Shown: in pieces, positions 1-8,571 of the stretch
How the letters are laid out: every line of letters begins with the position of its first letter
Position numbering within the stretch: the first letter of the stretch is position 1
Source of the DNA: Neocallimastix sp. 'constans'
Taxonomy: Eukaryota
Assembly (NCBI GenBank): GCA_050613775.1
Contig: JBODTK010000109.1
Location: forward strand, 1 to 64,000
Direction: 5' to 3'
Length of the DNA stretch: 64,000 bases
Notes under the pieces: generated by a model
What the model was told of the DNA's origin: nothing
The model's database searches: none
What the model saw: only the letters and a program-made list of their open reading frames with translations
Translations under genes and position numbers: made by a program

Positions 1-85
1 CTATTAAATTTAAATTGATTTTTATAATCAATTATATAAAATTTAATTATAACAATATAAATAAAATACATTTATAATATTAATA

Positions 86-135
<50 letters not shown>

Positions 136-622
136 CTATCTAAAATATTACTAATAAGAATTTATTTAATTGGCTAAAATTTTTATTACAATCTGTTAAA
201 ATATTCAAATAAAAATAAAAATACTATTCTAATATAAAGGTTTTTAATAAAATAAAATATTTTTCAATATAAAATAAAACATTTCGATATAAAATTTTAT
301 AATAAAAGTTAAAATATAATATATAAATTTTTAATTATCAATATATAAAAATATTATTAATACAAATTTTCATTATTAATATAAAAATAAAAAAATAAGA
401 TTTATTATTAATATTGTTAATATAAGTTTTAAATATATAAAAATATTACTATTAATATAAGATTTAATATAAAAATTATAAAGTTTAATATAATTTTTGA
501 TCTAATTTTTAATCTTTGAATTTAAAAATTTATTAAAGTACAAAAATAATAATGTACACATAATGTATTAGAAATAAATCGTAGATTTAATTAAGAATGC
601 ATTATTTAGTACATTCTTATCA
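1..622 (-). repeat. 3' LTR of E1 (partial)
   Basis: Matches 7155-7774 apart from poly-T length; starts TGATAAG on minus strand. Confidence 0.95.
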
Positions 623-640
623 AGATGCCCCGACGAAGAC

Positions 641-3600
641 TCAAGCTTCTCTGTAAGCGGAGTTAAACTTTACTAAATTTTTAAAATGAACATTCCTATC
701 GAGTTGTTTCCCAGTTTTCTGATCGATTAAGGTTGCCGTGTTGAATTGAATTTTTAAAATTTTAAATGGTCCATTGTAATATGGTTCTAGCTTAGTGCGG
801 CTAAAGTTTCTAACAAGAACAAGATCACCAGCTTTTAATTCTTTTCCTTTTTTCATACTTATTTGTTCTTCTCGTCTTGTTGCCCAATACTTGTTAGAAT
901 TCTTCACATTTTCGCATGCTTCTCTAGTCCATTGATAATGACGAACAAATTTTTCCATTAAAATTTCATCATACGATTTACCTGCATTTTCAATTGTTCT
1001 TATGGCTATATCATAAGGCTGTTGGTCTTCTCTTCCATATACTAATTCAAAACTAGAATGTCCGGTAGCTGTGTTTTTGGTAGTTCGAAGTGCCCATAAA
1101 GCAGAAGGTAAAACTTCATCCCAATCTTGATTTTTCCTTCCTAATAAACGAAGTAATTTTCCAATTTCTTTATTTCGGTTTTCAGTGAGACCATTGGATT
1201 CAGGGTGATAGGTAGCTATGAATTTTACATAAACATCATAAAGATCAAGAAAGATTTTAGTCATATCAGAAGTGAATTGGACTCCATTATCTGTAGTAAT
1301 AACTTGAGGCACACCATGTCTTGCAAAAACGTTTATTAAAAATTTAATTATATCAGAGGAAGTTATGTTTTCAGTGGGTTCGGCTTCAACCCATTTGGTA
1401 AAGTAATCAACAGTTACTATAATATATTGATTATTATTTCTTGTTTTTGGTAACGGTCCTATAATATCTAATCCTAAATGCACAAAGGGACCCTCCACTT
1501 TAGTTGGATGGTTTTCGGTTGGTTCTGGATATGGTTGAGGACGATTTAACTGGCATTTTTCACAATTACTAACAATTCTTTTGATATCTTTAATCATATG
1601 ATTCCAATAAAAGTTTTTCTTAAGTCTTTGATATGTTTTGTAATATCCTTCGTGGCCAATATTATGAGCTTCTAAAATTAATTTAAACCTTTCATTTTCG
1701 TCCGTTATTAATTTTCTATAATTTCCATTGTCGATAAAATAATCTTCACCATCAATAACAGTAAACTTTTCATTAATAAATTCCTTTATAACTTTAGATA
1801 ATAATTCTTCATTATTTCCATTAGTAATTTTTGTTAATAATATCTTTCTCTCTTCCTTACTTTTCATTCTTGAAAGAGCATCAGCTAACACATTCTTTTT
1901 GCCTGATTCATATTTTATATTAATTCCGAGCATACTAGCGGTTAGACACCATCTTGTTTGCCTTGCATTCAAAGGTTCTTTATTCTTAAATAAACCAACT
2001 AATGGTTTATGATCTGTGTAAATAGTTGTAGGTAATGGATTTCCTTCAATATAAGATTTAAATTTAGTCATACAGTAAAACAAAGCGGTTCCTTCTAAAT
2101 CGGTAATACCATAATTCTTTTCAGCTTTCTTTAAACTTCTACTTATAAAGTGTATTGGATGCTCCTTACCGGTTTCTTCTTCTTTTTGTAAAAGAACTCC
2201 ACCAATTCCATTATACGAAGCATCAGTTCTAATGATAAAAGGTTTGTCAAATGACGGAAATTTTAGAATAGGTGCATTGATTAATTTTTCTTTTAGGAGT
2301 TCAAAGCTTTCTTGTTGTTCTTTATTCCATTCATATTTAGTATTCTTTTTCAATAATTTACATAAAGGTGAGGTAATTTGAGCATATTTAGGGATAAAGT
2401 CACGATAATACCCTATTGCTCCTAGAAATGATCTTAATTCATGAATTGATGAAGGGGCTTCCCACTTCTTAATAGCTGTTATTTTACTTTCCATGGGACT
2501 TAATCCTTTAGTAGTAAGTTTGTGACCTAATACATCAACTTCAGTTTGAAGAAAATGGCACTTTTCAATATTAATTTTTAACTTGTTTTCTTTAAATACT
2601 TCTAATACTTGTTTAATATGAATTAAATGTTCTTCGATACTTTTTGAATAGATCAAAACATCATCAATAAATACATAAACAAATTCACCAATAAAAGGGA
2701 ATAAAATTTTATTCATTTCTCTTTGGAAGGTTGAGGGAGCTCCAGTAAGTCCAAAAGGCATAACCTTAAATTGATAATTTCCAAACTTAGTAGTGAAAGT
2801 GGTTACTTCAACGCTTTCTTCATCCATTAAGATTTGGTGAAAACCAGAAAATAAATCAAGAGTTGTAAATATTTTAGATCCTCCGAGACTATCAAAAATT
2901 TCATCTATATATGGAACTGAATAAGAATCTTTTTCTGTCATATCATTGACTTTTCGGTAGTCAATACACAAGCGCCACTTTCCATTGTGTTTTAGAATGA
3001 GTACTACTGGAGATGACCATTCTGAACAGGATGGTTCTATCAATCCTTTCTTAATAAGCTTTGTAAGTTCTTCTTTTAAGATATCTGATTTTAATTTAGT
3101 TAACCTATAACTTCTTAATTTTACTGGCTTTGCATTTGCTTTCAAACGGATCTTATGTGGTGAAAGTTTAGAAGGAGTTAGTTCTTCTGTTGAAGTGGCA
3201 ACTATGTCAATCATTTCTTTGAGAATTTTAATAATTTGTTCTTTATAATCTTTATTTAAGGTACTTAAAAATTCATCACTCTCAATAAATTCCATGGGAG
3301 TTAATTCCTTTATAATTTCCTTTTCATTATTCGTTTCTTTAACTTTTCTAATAGTGCAAATTATACTTTCTTCATCATAATATTGATTATTTATTTTAGC
3401 TATTTCTTCGTATTCACTTTCTGACAAAAGTTTACATAAACTGTTTAAGGTCGGATGAATAAATAAACAATGATCGATTTGAGTTTTAAAGTTTATTAAC
3501 ATATCATAAAATGAGTCTTCTTTCTCAATAATTCTAAAGTCCGCATTAAATTCATAATTATTAATTTTTACTGGTAATTGAACAATAATTCCTTCCGAGT

Positions 3601-4651
3601 ATTCTTCATCTTGTGTTGCTAGTTGGATTCTTCCACGACTTTTTCCAACTGTTTCATATTCACCAGGTAATTTATCAAAATACTGCTTAGTAACGATGCT
3701 TAGGTTACTACAAGAATCAATTAAAAGTTTTCCTAGTACTCCGTCAACACTTGCATCAACCATTGCTAAGTCTTCTTCGGCTACTTCATTACTTTTACTT
3801 ATGTAGCTATGATCATAGTTATTCACTAATAAAGTTCGTGCTATTACATTGTCTACAGTTCCAATTATTTTAGATTTTTCTAACTTTAAACCTTGAGTTA
3901 ATTGTGAACGAATTTTCGGACATGCATTCAAGAGTTGACCTATCGTAATACTGGATTTAAGATTATTTAAATCATCCATAATATTGTAAGGTTCTTTATT
4001 ATTCATCATTTTGATATTCCTTTTTACTAACTGAGTATTTTCATTATTAGTTTCTTTAGTTTTTGTTGAAATTAATTTTTCCAAAGTATTAGTTTTATTT
4101 TGTTGATTATCTTTATTCATTTCTATATCTTCTATTTCATTATCGATTACAAGTATATCTTCAGATTCAACTTTTTTCTTTCCTTTTGATGAATAATTGT
4201 TGTTTTCTTCTTTACTTTCTCTTACTCTTGTTATATTTCTTAATTCCTTTTCTTTTTGTTTTTCTTTGTTAATATTTGGTTGAGTTAAAATTGAAGGAAG
4301 TATTTGATTTTTATAAACTTTATTTGGTTTATTATGTAGCTCATTTTCTTTCTTCTTTCTTAAAGCAGGAGTTGCGAAAGGACGTGGATTATCTTTTAAA
4401 CTTTTATGTACTTTCTTGGAATTATTTTCTTCCTTTTCGCTGTTATTATCATTCATTTTTCTTTTTATAGCATTTATAATGATATTATCCTCACTTTCAG
4501 TTGTGTCACTAAAATCAGATTCTTCAGATTCTTTATTAAAGGAATTATTATCAATTGGGGTATTCTTGGTAAAAGTATTATTTTGTAAATTATTTAATGA
4601 AGCTATTGTTTTGTCATTGGGAGTGCTTCTGCTCCCATTTAGAAGTTTAAA
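641..4651 (-). CDS. pol: E1 Pol (protease, RT, RNase H, integrase); probably reached by -1 frameshift, ORF-track ATG at 4456
   Basis: LIDSCS protease-like motif, WRLCIDYRKVN, MPFGL, FIDD, TDAS, integrase H-H-C-C and D,D,E motifs, GPF; frame stays open upstream to TTTAAAC at 4645-4651. Confidence 0.93.
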   Translation of the reverse strand, partial: FKLLNGSRSTPNDKTIASLNNLQNNTFTKNTPIDNNSFNKESEESDFSDTTESEDNIIINAIKRKMNDNNSEKEENNSKKVHKSLKDNPRPFATPALRKKKENELHNKPNKVYKNQILPSILTQPNINKEKQKEKELRNITRVRESKEENNNYSSKGKKKVESEDILVIDNEIEDIEMNKDNQQNKTNTLEKLISTKTKETNNENTQLVKRNIKMMNNKEPYNIMDDLNNLKSSITIGQLLNACPKIRSQLTQGLKLEKSKIIGTVDNVIARTLLVNNYDHSYISKSNEVAEEDLAMVDASVDGVLGKLLIDSCSNLSIVTKQYFDKLPGEYETVGKSRGRIQLATQDEEYSEGIIVQLPVKINNYEFNADFRIIEKEDSFYDMLINFKTQIDHCLFIHPTLNSLCKLLSESEYEEIAKINNQYYDEESIICTIRKVKETNNEKEIIKELTPMEFIESDEFLSTLNKDYKEQIIKILKEMIDIVATSTEELTPSKLSPHKIRLKANAKPVKLRSYRLTKLKSDILKEELTKLIKKGLIEPSCSEWSSPVVLILKHNGKWRLCIDYRKVNDMTEKDSYSVPYIDEIFDSLGGSKIFTTLDLFSGFHQILMDEESVEVTTFTTKFGNYQFKVMPFGLTGAPSTFQREMNKILFPFIGEFVYVFIDDVLIYSKSIEEHLIHIKQVLEVFKENKLKINIEKCHFLQTEVDVLGHKLTTKGLSPMESKITAIKKWEAPSSIHELRSFLGAIGYYRDFIPKYAQITSPLCKLLKKNTKYEWNKEQQESFELLKEKLINAPILKFPSFDKPFIIRTDASYNGIGGVLLQKEEETGKEHPIHFISRSLKKAEKNYGITDLEGTALFYCMTKFKSYIEGNPLPTTIYTDHKPLVGLFKNKEPLNARQTRWCLTASMLGINIKYESGKKNVLADALSRMKSKEERKILLTKITNGNNEELLSKVIKEFINEKFTVIDGEDYFIDNGNYRKLITDENERFKLILEAHNIGHEGYYKTYQRLKKNFYWNHMIKDIKRIVSNCEKCQLNRPQPYPEPTENHPTKVEGPFVHLGLDIIGPLPKTRNNNQYIIVTVDYFTKWVEAEPTENITSSDIIKFLINVFARHGVPQVITTDNGVQFTSDMTKIFLDLYDVYVKFIATYHPESNGLTENRNKEIGKLLRLLGRKNQDWDEVLPSALWALRTTKNTATGHSSFELVYGREDQQPYDIAIRTIENAGKSYDEILMEKFVRHYQWTREACENVKNSNKYWATRREEQISMKKGKELKAGDLVLVRNFSRTKLEPYYNGPFKILKIQFNTATLIDQKTGKQLDRNVHFKNLVKFNSAYREA

Positions 4652-5544
4652 GACTTTTTGGAATATATTTCTTTTTTATTTTTTTCCATAATCTTATTTA
4701 ATTGAGGGCAATAGTATGAGTAATGACCTTCTTCCTTACAGAAGAAGCAAGTTTTAACAGATAAATTTCTCATTTTCTGGGTTGATTCTTCTATAATATC
4801 TTGAGGTTTCAGTTTATTATTTGTTTGACTTGTTTGGAAAGTTTCGTTTCTTCTTTTAGGATAAAGTCTTGAAGTAGTACTGTTTTGATTATTTTGATTA
4901 TGCTGGGAATTATTAACATTATAGGTATTAATATTATTGTTCCTTACAGAAAGTCTATCTACTTTCTCGGCAATTTTGAAAGCTTTCTCCATACTTATAT
5001 CATCTTTAAGGGATAATTTCTTCCAGGCTTCATAATTATTTTGAATAGAGTCAATATAATCTAGTACACCAATGCGCTTTCTTCTCTTTTTATCAAGTTT
5101 AGTGTACAAAGTTCTATATCTTACATTAAAGTCTTTAATCTTTTCGTTTCTTTTAATTCGCATTGCACGAAGTTCTTTAAGAAGTAAATTTTGGTCTTCT
5201 TTAATACCGTAAAAATTTTCAAGACTTGAAATAATTTTTTCAAGAGAAGGAAATTTATCATCATCAACATTTTCTTCTTCATCATCTTCTTCTTCATCTG
5301 ATGAATCATCACTTTCATCATCACTATCTTCTCCCAAATCTTCAATAACGCGTTGTACTTCACCAGAGCTGGTAAGTAAACAAGCATTAAATATTGTTTC
5401 CGGATCTGTGATACCTTGTATCTTGATCCAAAGTTTTAATTCAGTAGCCCAGGACTTTATATCTAAATTGTCCTTGCTAAGCTTCACTATGTCTCGTAAT
5501 TCTTTCTTTAATTCTTTAAAACTTAAAGTACTTTTAGTAGACAT
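4639..5544 (-). CDS. gag: E1 Gag with CCHC zinc knuckle
   Basis: CFFCKEEGHYSYYC knuckle; lies between PBS and pol. Confidence 0.9.
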   Translation of the reverse strand: MSTKSTLSFKELKKELRDIVKLSKDNLDIKSWATELKLWIKIQGITDPETIFNACLLTSSGEVQRVIEDLGEDSDDESDDSSDEEEDDEEENVDDDKFPSLEKIISSLENFYGIKEDQNLLLKELRAMRIKRNEKIKDFNVRYRTLYTKLDKKRRKRIGVLDYIDSIQNNYEAWKKLSLKDDISMEKAFKIAEKVDRLSVRNNNINTYNVNNSQHNQNNQNSTTSRLYPKRRNETFQTSQTNNKLKPQDIIEESTQKMRNLSVKTCFFCKEEGHYSYYCPQLNKIMEKNKKEIYSKKSLNF

Positions 5545-5720
5545 TTCGTTTTTAGTTAATAATTTTTTTATTGTAAATTAACGAGGTTATTAAATACGAA
5601 TAAATTTGAAAGTCCAACTTTAAAAATATAATTTAACAAGTAATTTAATATCGAATCAAATTTTAAAACAATATATCTTAGTAATTTTTGAAAATAATAA
5701 TTTTATTTGCTTTCTTTAGT

Positions 5721-5920
5721 AAGTATAAGCTCGAAATCCTTATCGACAACTTAGTAGAAATTATAAAGCACGAGGTTCTTTTCGACTACTTTTTTAAGAA
5801 TAATTTTAAGTTCGAAATCTTTATCGACAACTTAATAGAATAATTTTAAGTTCGAAATCTTTATCGACAACTTAATAGAATATTTTTCAAGCTCGAAATC
5901 TTTATCGACCACTTGAATTT
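5721..5920. repeat. Five ~40-bp tandem hairpin-forming units in the E1 5' leader
   Basis: 5801-5840 and 5841-5880 identical (taattttaagttcgaaatctttatcgacaacttaatagaa); three diverged flanking copies. Confidence 0.9.
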
Positions 5921-6912
5921 TGTAATTTAGTATATTTGTAGTAATAAATTTAGAAGCAAAGTTTTATTTATTATTTTCACCTTTCAAAAATTTTTCTTTT
6001 TAAACGATAAATATTGTATTGTTATAGCTAATAAAATTATTAATTAATTATAATTATTAAATACAAAAAAATAATCTTTATTGTCGTACAATCTGATAGT
6101 ACACACTGTCTGACGTGCAGCTTACCTAATGGTGTCATGCCACGCGTGTGCCACGATTACTATATTCAATATAAAATATAGCAGTTCAGAGCCCACTAGC
6201 CCAATTACTATGTAGGATAAACTTAATCCGATAATCTATGTACGGAATAAAAAAATTTTAAAAGTATTCAATAATATTTTTATTAACTAATAAAAATTAA
6301 CTAAAAACACAATATTTTCAAAGTAAATTAAGATTCTATTACAGGAATTATATAACAAATAAAGTACCAGTAATAAAAAAAAATAAAAAAAATTTAAATG
6401 GCGAAGTTAGCCAAAGTCTGATACTTTATATAATAAAGTGCCTTATAACTAGCACAAAGAAAAGTAAAAAAAATTATATAAAAAAAACAATCTTACGCCT
6501 TCGGTGACGTAAGCTCCTTATTCGCCAGTGCTTGGAAAGTACCCGCACCTTCGTGTGTTGAAACGTTGAAGGTTGAACTATTATTACCGGGTCGGTAACC
6601 AAATACCTTCGTCTACTTTCCAATTAATCTCCAAATTAACTACTATTCAATAACCTACTATGAATAGAGTTAATTTGTTGCTATCTGAGAATACACTGTG
6701 TATGAGCTCTATCCGCTCCTTGTTATAATTTTACAAAATTTGTTTTTTTAGAATCTTAATTTTACTTATTTAAAAAAAATTTTTTTTTATATATATATAT
6801 CAAACAAGCGCCATGGGTTAATCAAAGGATTAACGACTTACTTGTTTATCAATATAAAATAAAAAAAAAATTAAAAAAAAATCTATGTTATTTACTATTA
6901 TTTCTATTTAAT

Positions 6913-6930
6913 TCCCCGATATCTCCACCA
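6913..6930 (-). promoter_or_regulatory. E1 primer binding site, tRNA-Ala-like (TGGTGGAGATATCGGGGA)
   Basis: Starts TGG 6 nt after the LTR; complement resembles the eukaryotic tRNA-Ala 3' end (..TCTCCACCA); identical to the E5 PBS. Confidence 0.85.
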
Positions 6931-6936
6931 TATAAA

Positions 6937-7239
6937 TGTTAAGGTTTTAGAGAATTAAATAAAAATAAAGTAAGGAAACACAAATTTTATTTATTTATTT
7001 ATTATTTTTATTTATAAATTTATTTGATTTTATTTGATGATATTTAAAAATTAGTAGCAAAATTTACAACTATTTATACTTTTTTTTCAAGGCATAAAAG
7101 TTGTTCTTGCCACTAAATTACATTTTATTATTATTTTTCTTTTTATATATGAAACTATTAAATTTAAATTGATTTTTATAATCAATTATATAAAATTTAA
7201 TTATAACAATATAAATAAAATACATTTATAATATTAATA

Positions 7240-7287
<48 letters not shown>

Positions 7288-7774
7288 CTATCTAAAATAT
7301 TACTAATAAGAATTTATTTAATTGGCTAAAATTTTTATTACAATCTGTTAAAATATTCAAATAAAAATAAAAATACTATTCTAATATAAAGGTTTTTAAT
7401 AAAATAAAATATTTTTCAATATAAAATAAAACATTTCGATATAAAATTTTATAATAAAAGTTAAAATATAATATATAAATTTTTAATTATCAATATATAA
7501 AAATATTATTAATACAAATTTTCATTATTAATATAAAAATAAAAAAATAAGATTTATTATTAATATTGTTAATATAAGTTTTAAATATATAAAAATATTA
7601 CTATTAATATAAGATTTAATATAAAAATTATAAAGTTTAATATAATTTTTGATCTAATTTTTAATCTTTGAATTTAAAAATTTATTAAAGTACAAAAATA
7701 ATAATGTACACATAATGTATTAGAAATAAATCGTAGATTTAATTAAGAATGCATTATTTAGTACATTCTTATCA
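6937..7774 (-). repeat. 5' LTR of E1 (838 bp)
   Basis: TG...CA ends; matches 1-622; adjacent to PBS. Confidence 0.92.
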
Positions 7775-8403
7775 CAGTTAGTAAAATTAGAACTCTGGTT
7801 CAATGGTTAGTTACATTGACCATGACCAATACTTCATGGGTTCGACTCACACCTTAACCCATTTTGTATAAATAATTATTTTATTAATTATTTTATTAAT
7901 TATTAATAATCTCTTCTTGAATATTCTTTCTGTATGAATTATAGAAAGTTAAAGAATATTTCGGTTCGTAATTCAACCGAAATGAATTTAGAAATTCTTA
8001 TTATATAAATTATTTTATTCTTTTTTGATAAGATTCATTTTCATCAATTAAAATCTATATTCTAGAAACTTTACATTATTAATTATTACAAACATATTCC
8101 TAAATATTTCTTTAAAATTATTTTTACATGTTAAAACTGTTTTTCCGTTAAAAGTATAAATAGTGCGAACTTCACGAATGAAAATATTTTTCTTCGTGCT
8201 TTTATTAATAATAATTAACGTATAAGTAATTCGAAATATTACCTTGTTGATTAATATTAATAATTATTTTAAATTTTATAATTAATAAAAAATATTTCTA
8301 ATAAAACGAATTATTTATATAGATAGTGTAAACCTATTGAGTTTTCTCCTTTCTGTGTTTCTATATCTCATCCCGCCTTTACAATAGAAGCACCTCCGTT
8401 ACA
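7775..8403. mobile_element. Putative LTR fragment Y, inserted in the E2 3' LTR and itself interrupted by E1
   Basis: E2 3' LTR homology stops abruptly at 8404; flanking sequence ends ..CCGTTACA like an LTR terminus; no second copy in window. Confidence 0.5.
7789..7865 (+). ncRNA. tRNA-derived (pseudo-tRNA/SINE-head-like) Pol III module
   Basis: A-box TGGTTCAATGG at 7796, B-box GGTTCGACTC at 7839, tRNA-like spacing, T4 at 7862-7865; acceptor and T stems imperfect. Confidence 0.65.
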
Positions 8404-8554
8404 AATATAAAACTATTATAAAATATTGATATAAAACTATTATAAAATATTAATATAAATTATTATAAAGTATTGTTAACAAATATTATAATCTTTTTTG
8501 TATATAATTGAATATTTAATTATTATTCATTTTTTTTTTTATTGTCTCGTAACA
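8404..8554 (-). repeat. 3' LTR of E2 (partial)
   Basis: Matches ~13826-13976; starts TGTTAC on minus strand. Confidence 0.9.
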
Positions 8555-8571
8555 AGATGCCCACGCCGAAA

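Larger units (their letters stand above)
1..7774 (-). mobile_element. Ty3/Gypsy LTR retrotransposon E1 (no chromodomain), coding region apparently intact; 3' LTR cut by window start
   Basis: Direct repeats 1-622 and 7155-7774; PBS next to the 5' LTR; gag then pol with PR-RT-RNaseH-IN order. Confidence 0.95.

Noticed and set aside
5721..5920. CRISPR-like array
   Set aside because: Units are nearly contiguous with no unique spacers, there are no cas genes, and the array lies in a retrotransposon leader
7789..7865. Functional tRNA gene (also 28222-28295)
   Set aside because: Acceptor, anticodon and T stems are imperfect; only the A/B boxes are well kept
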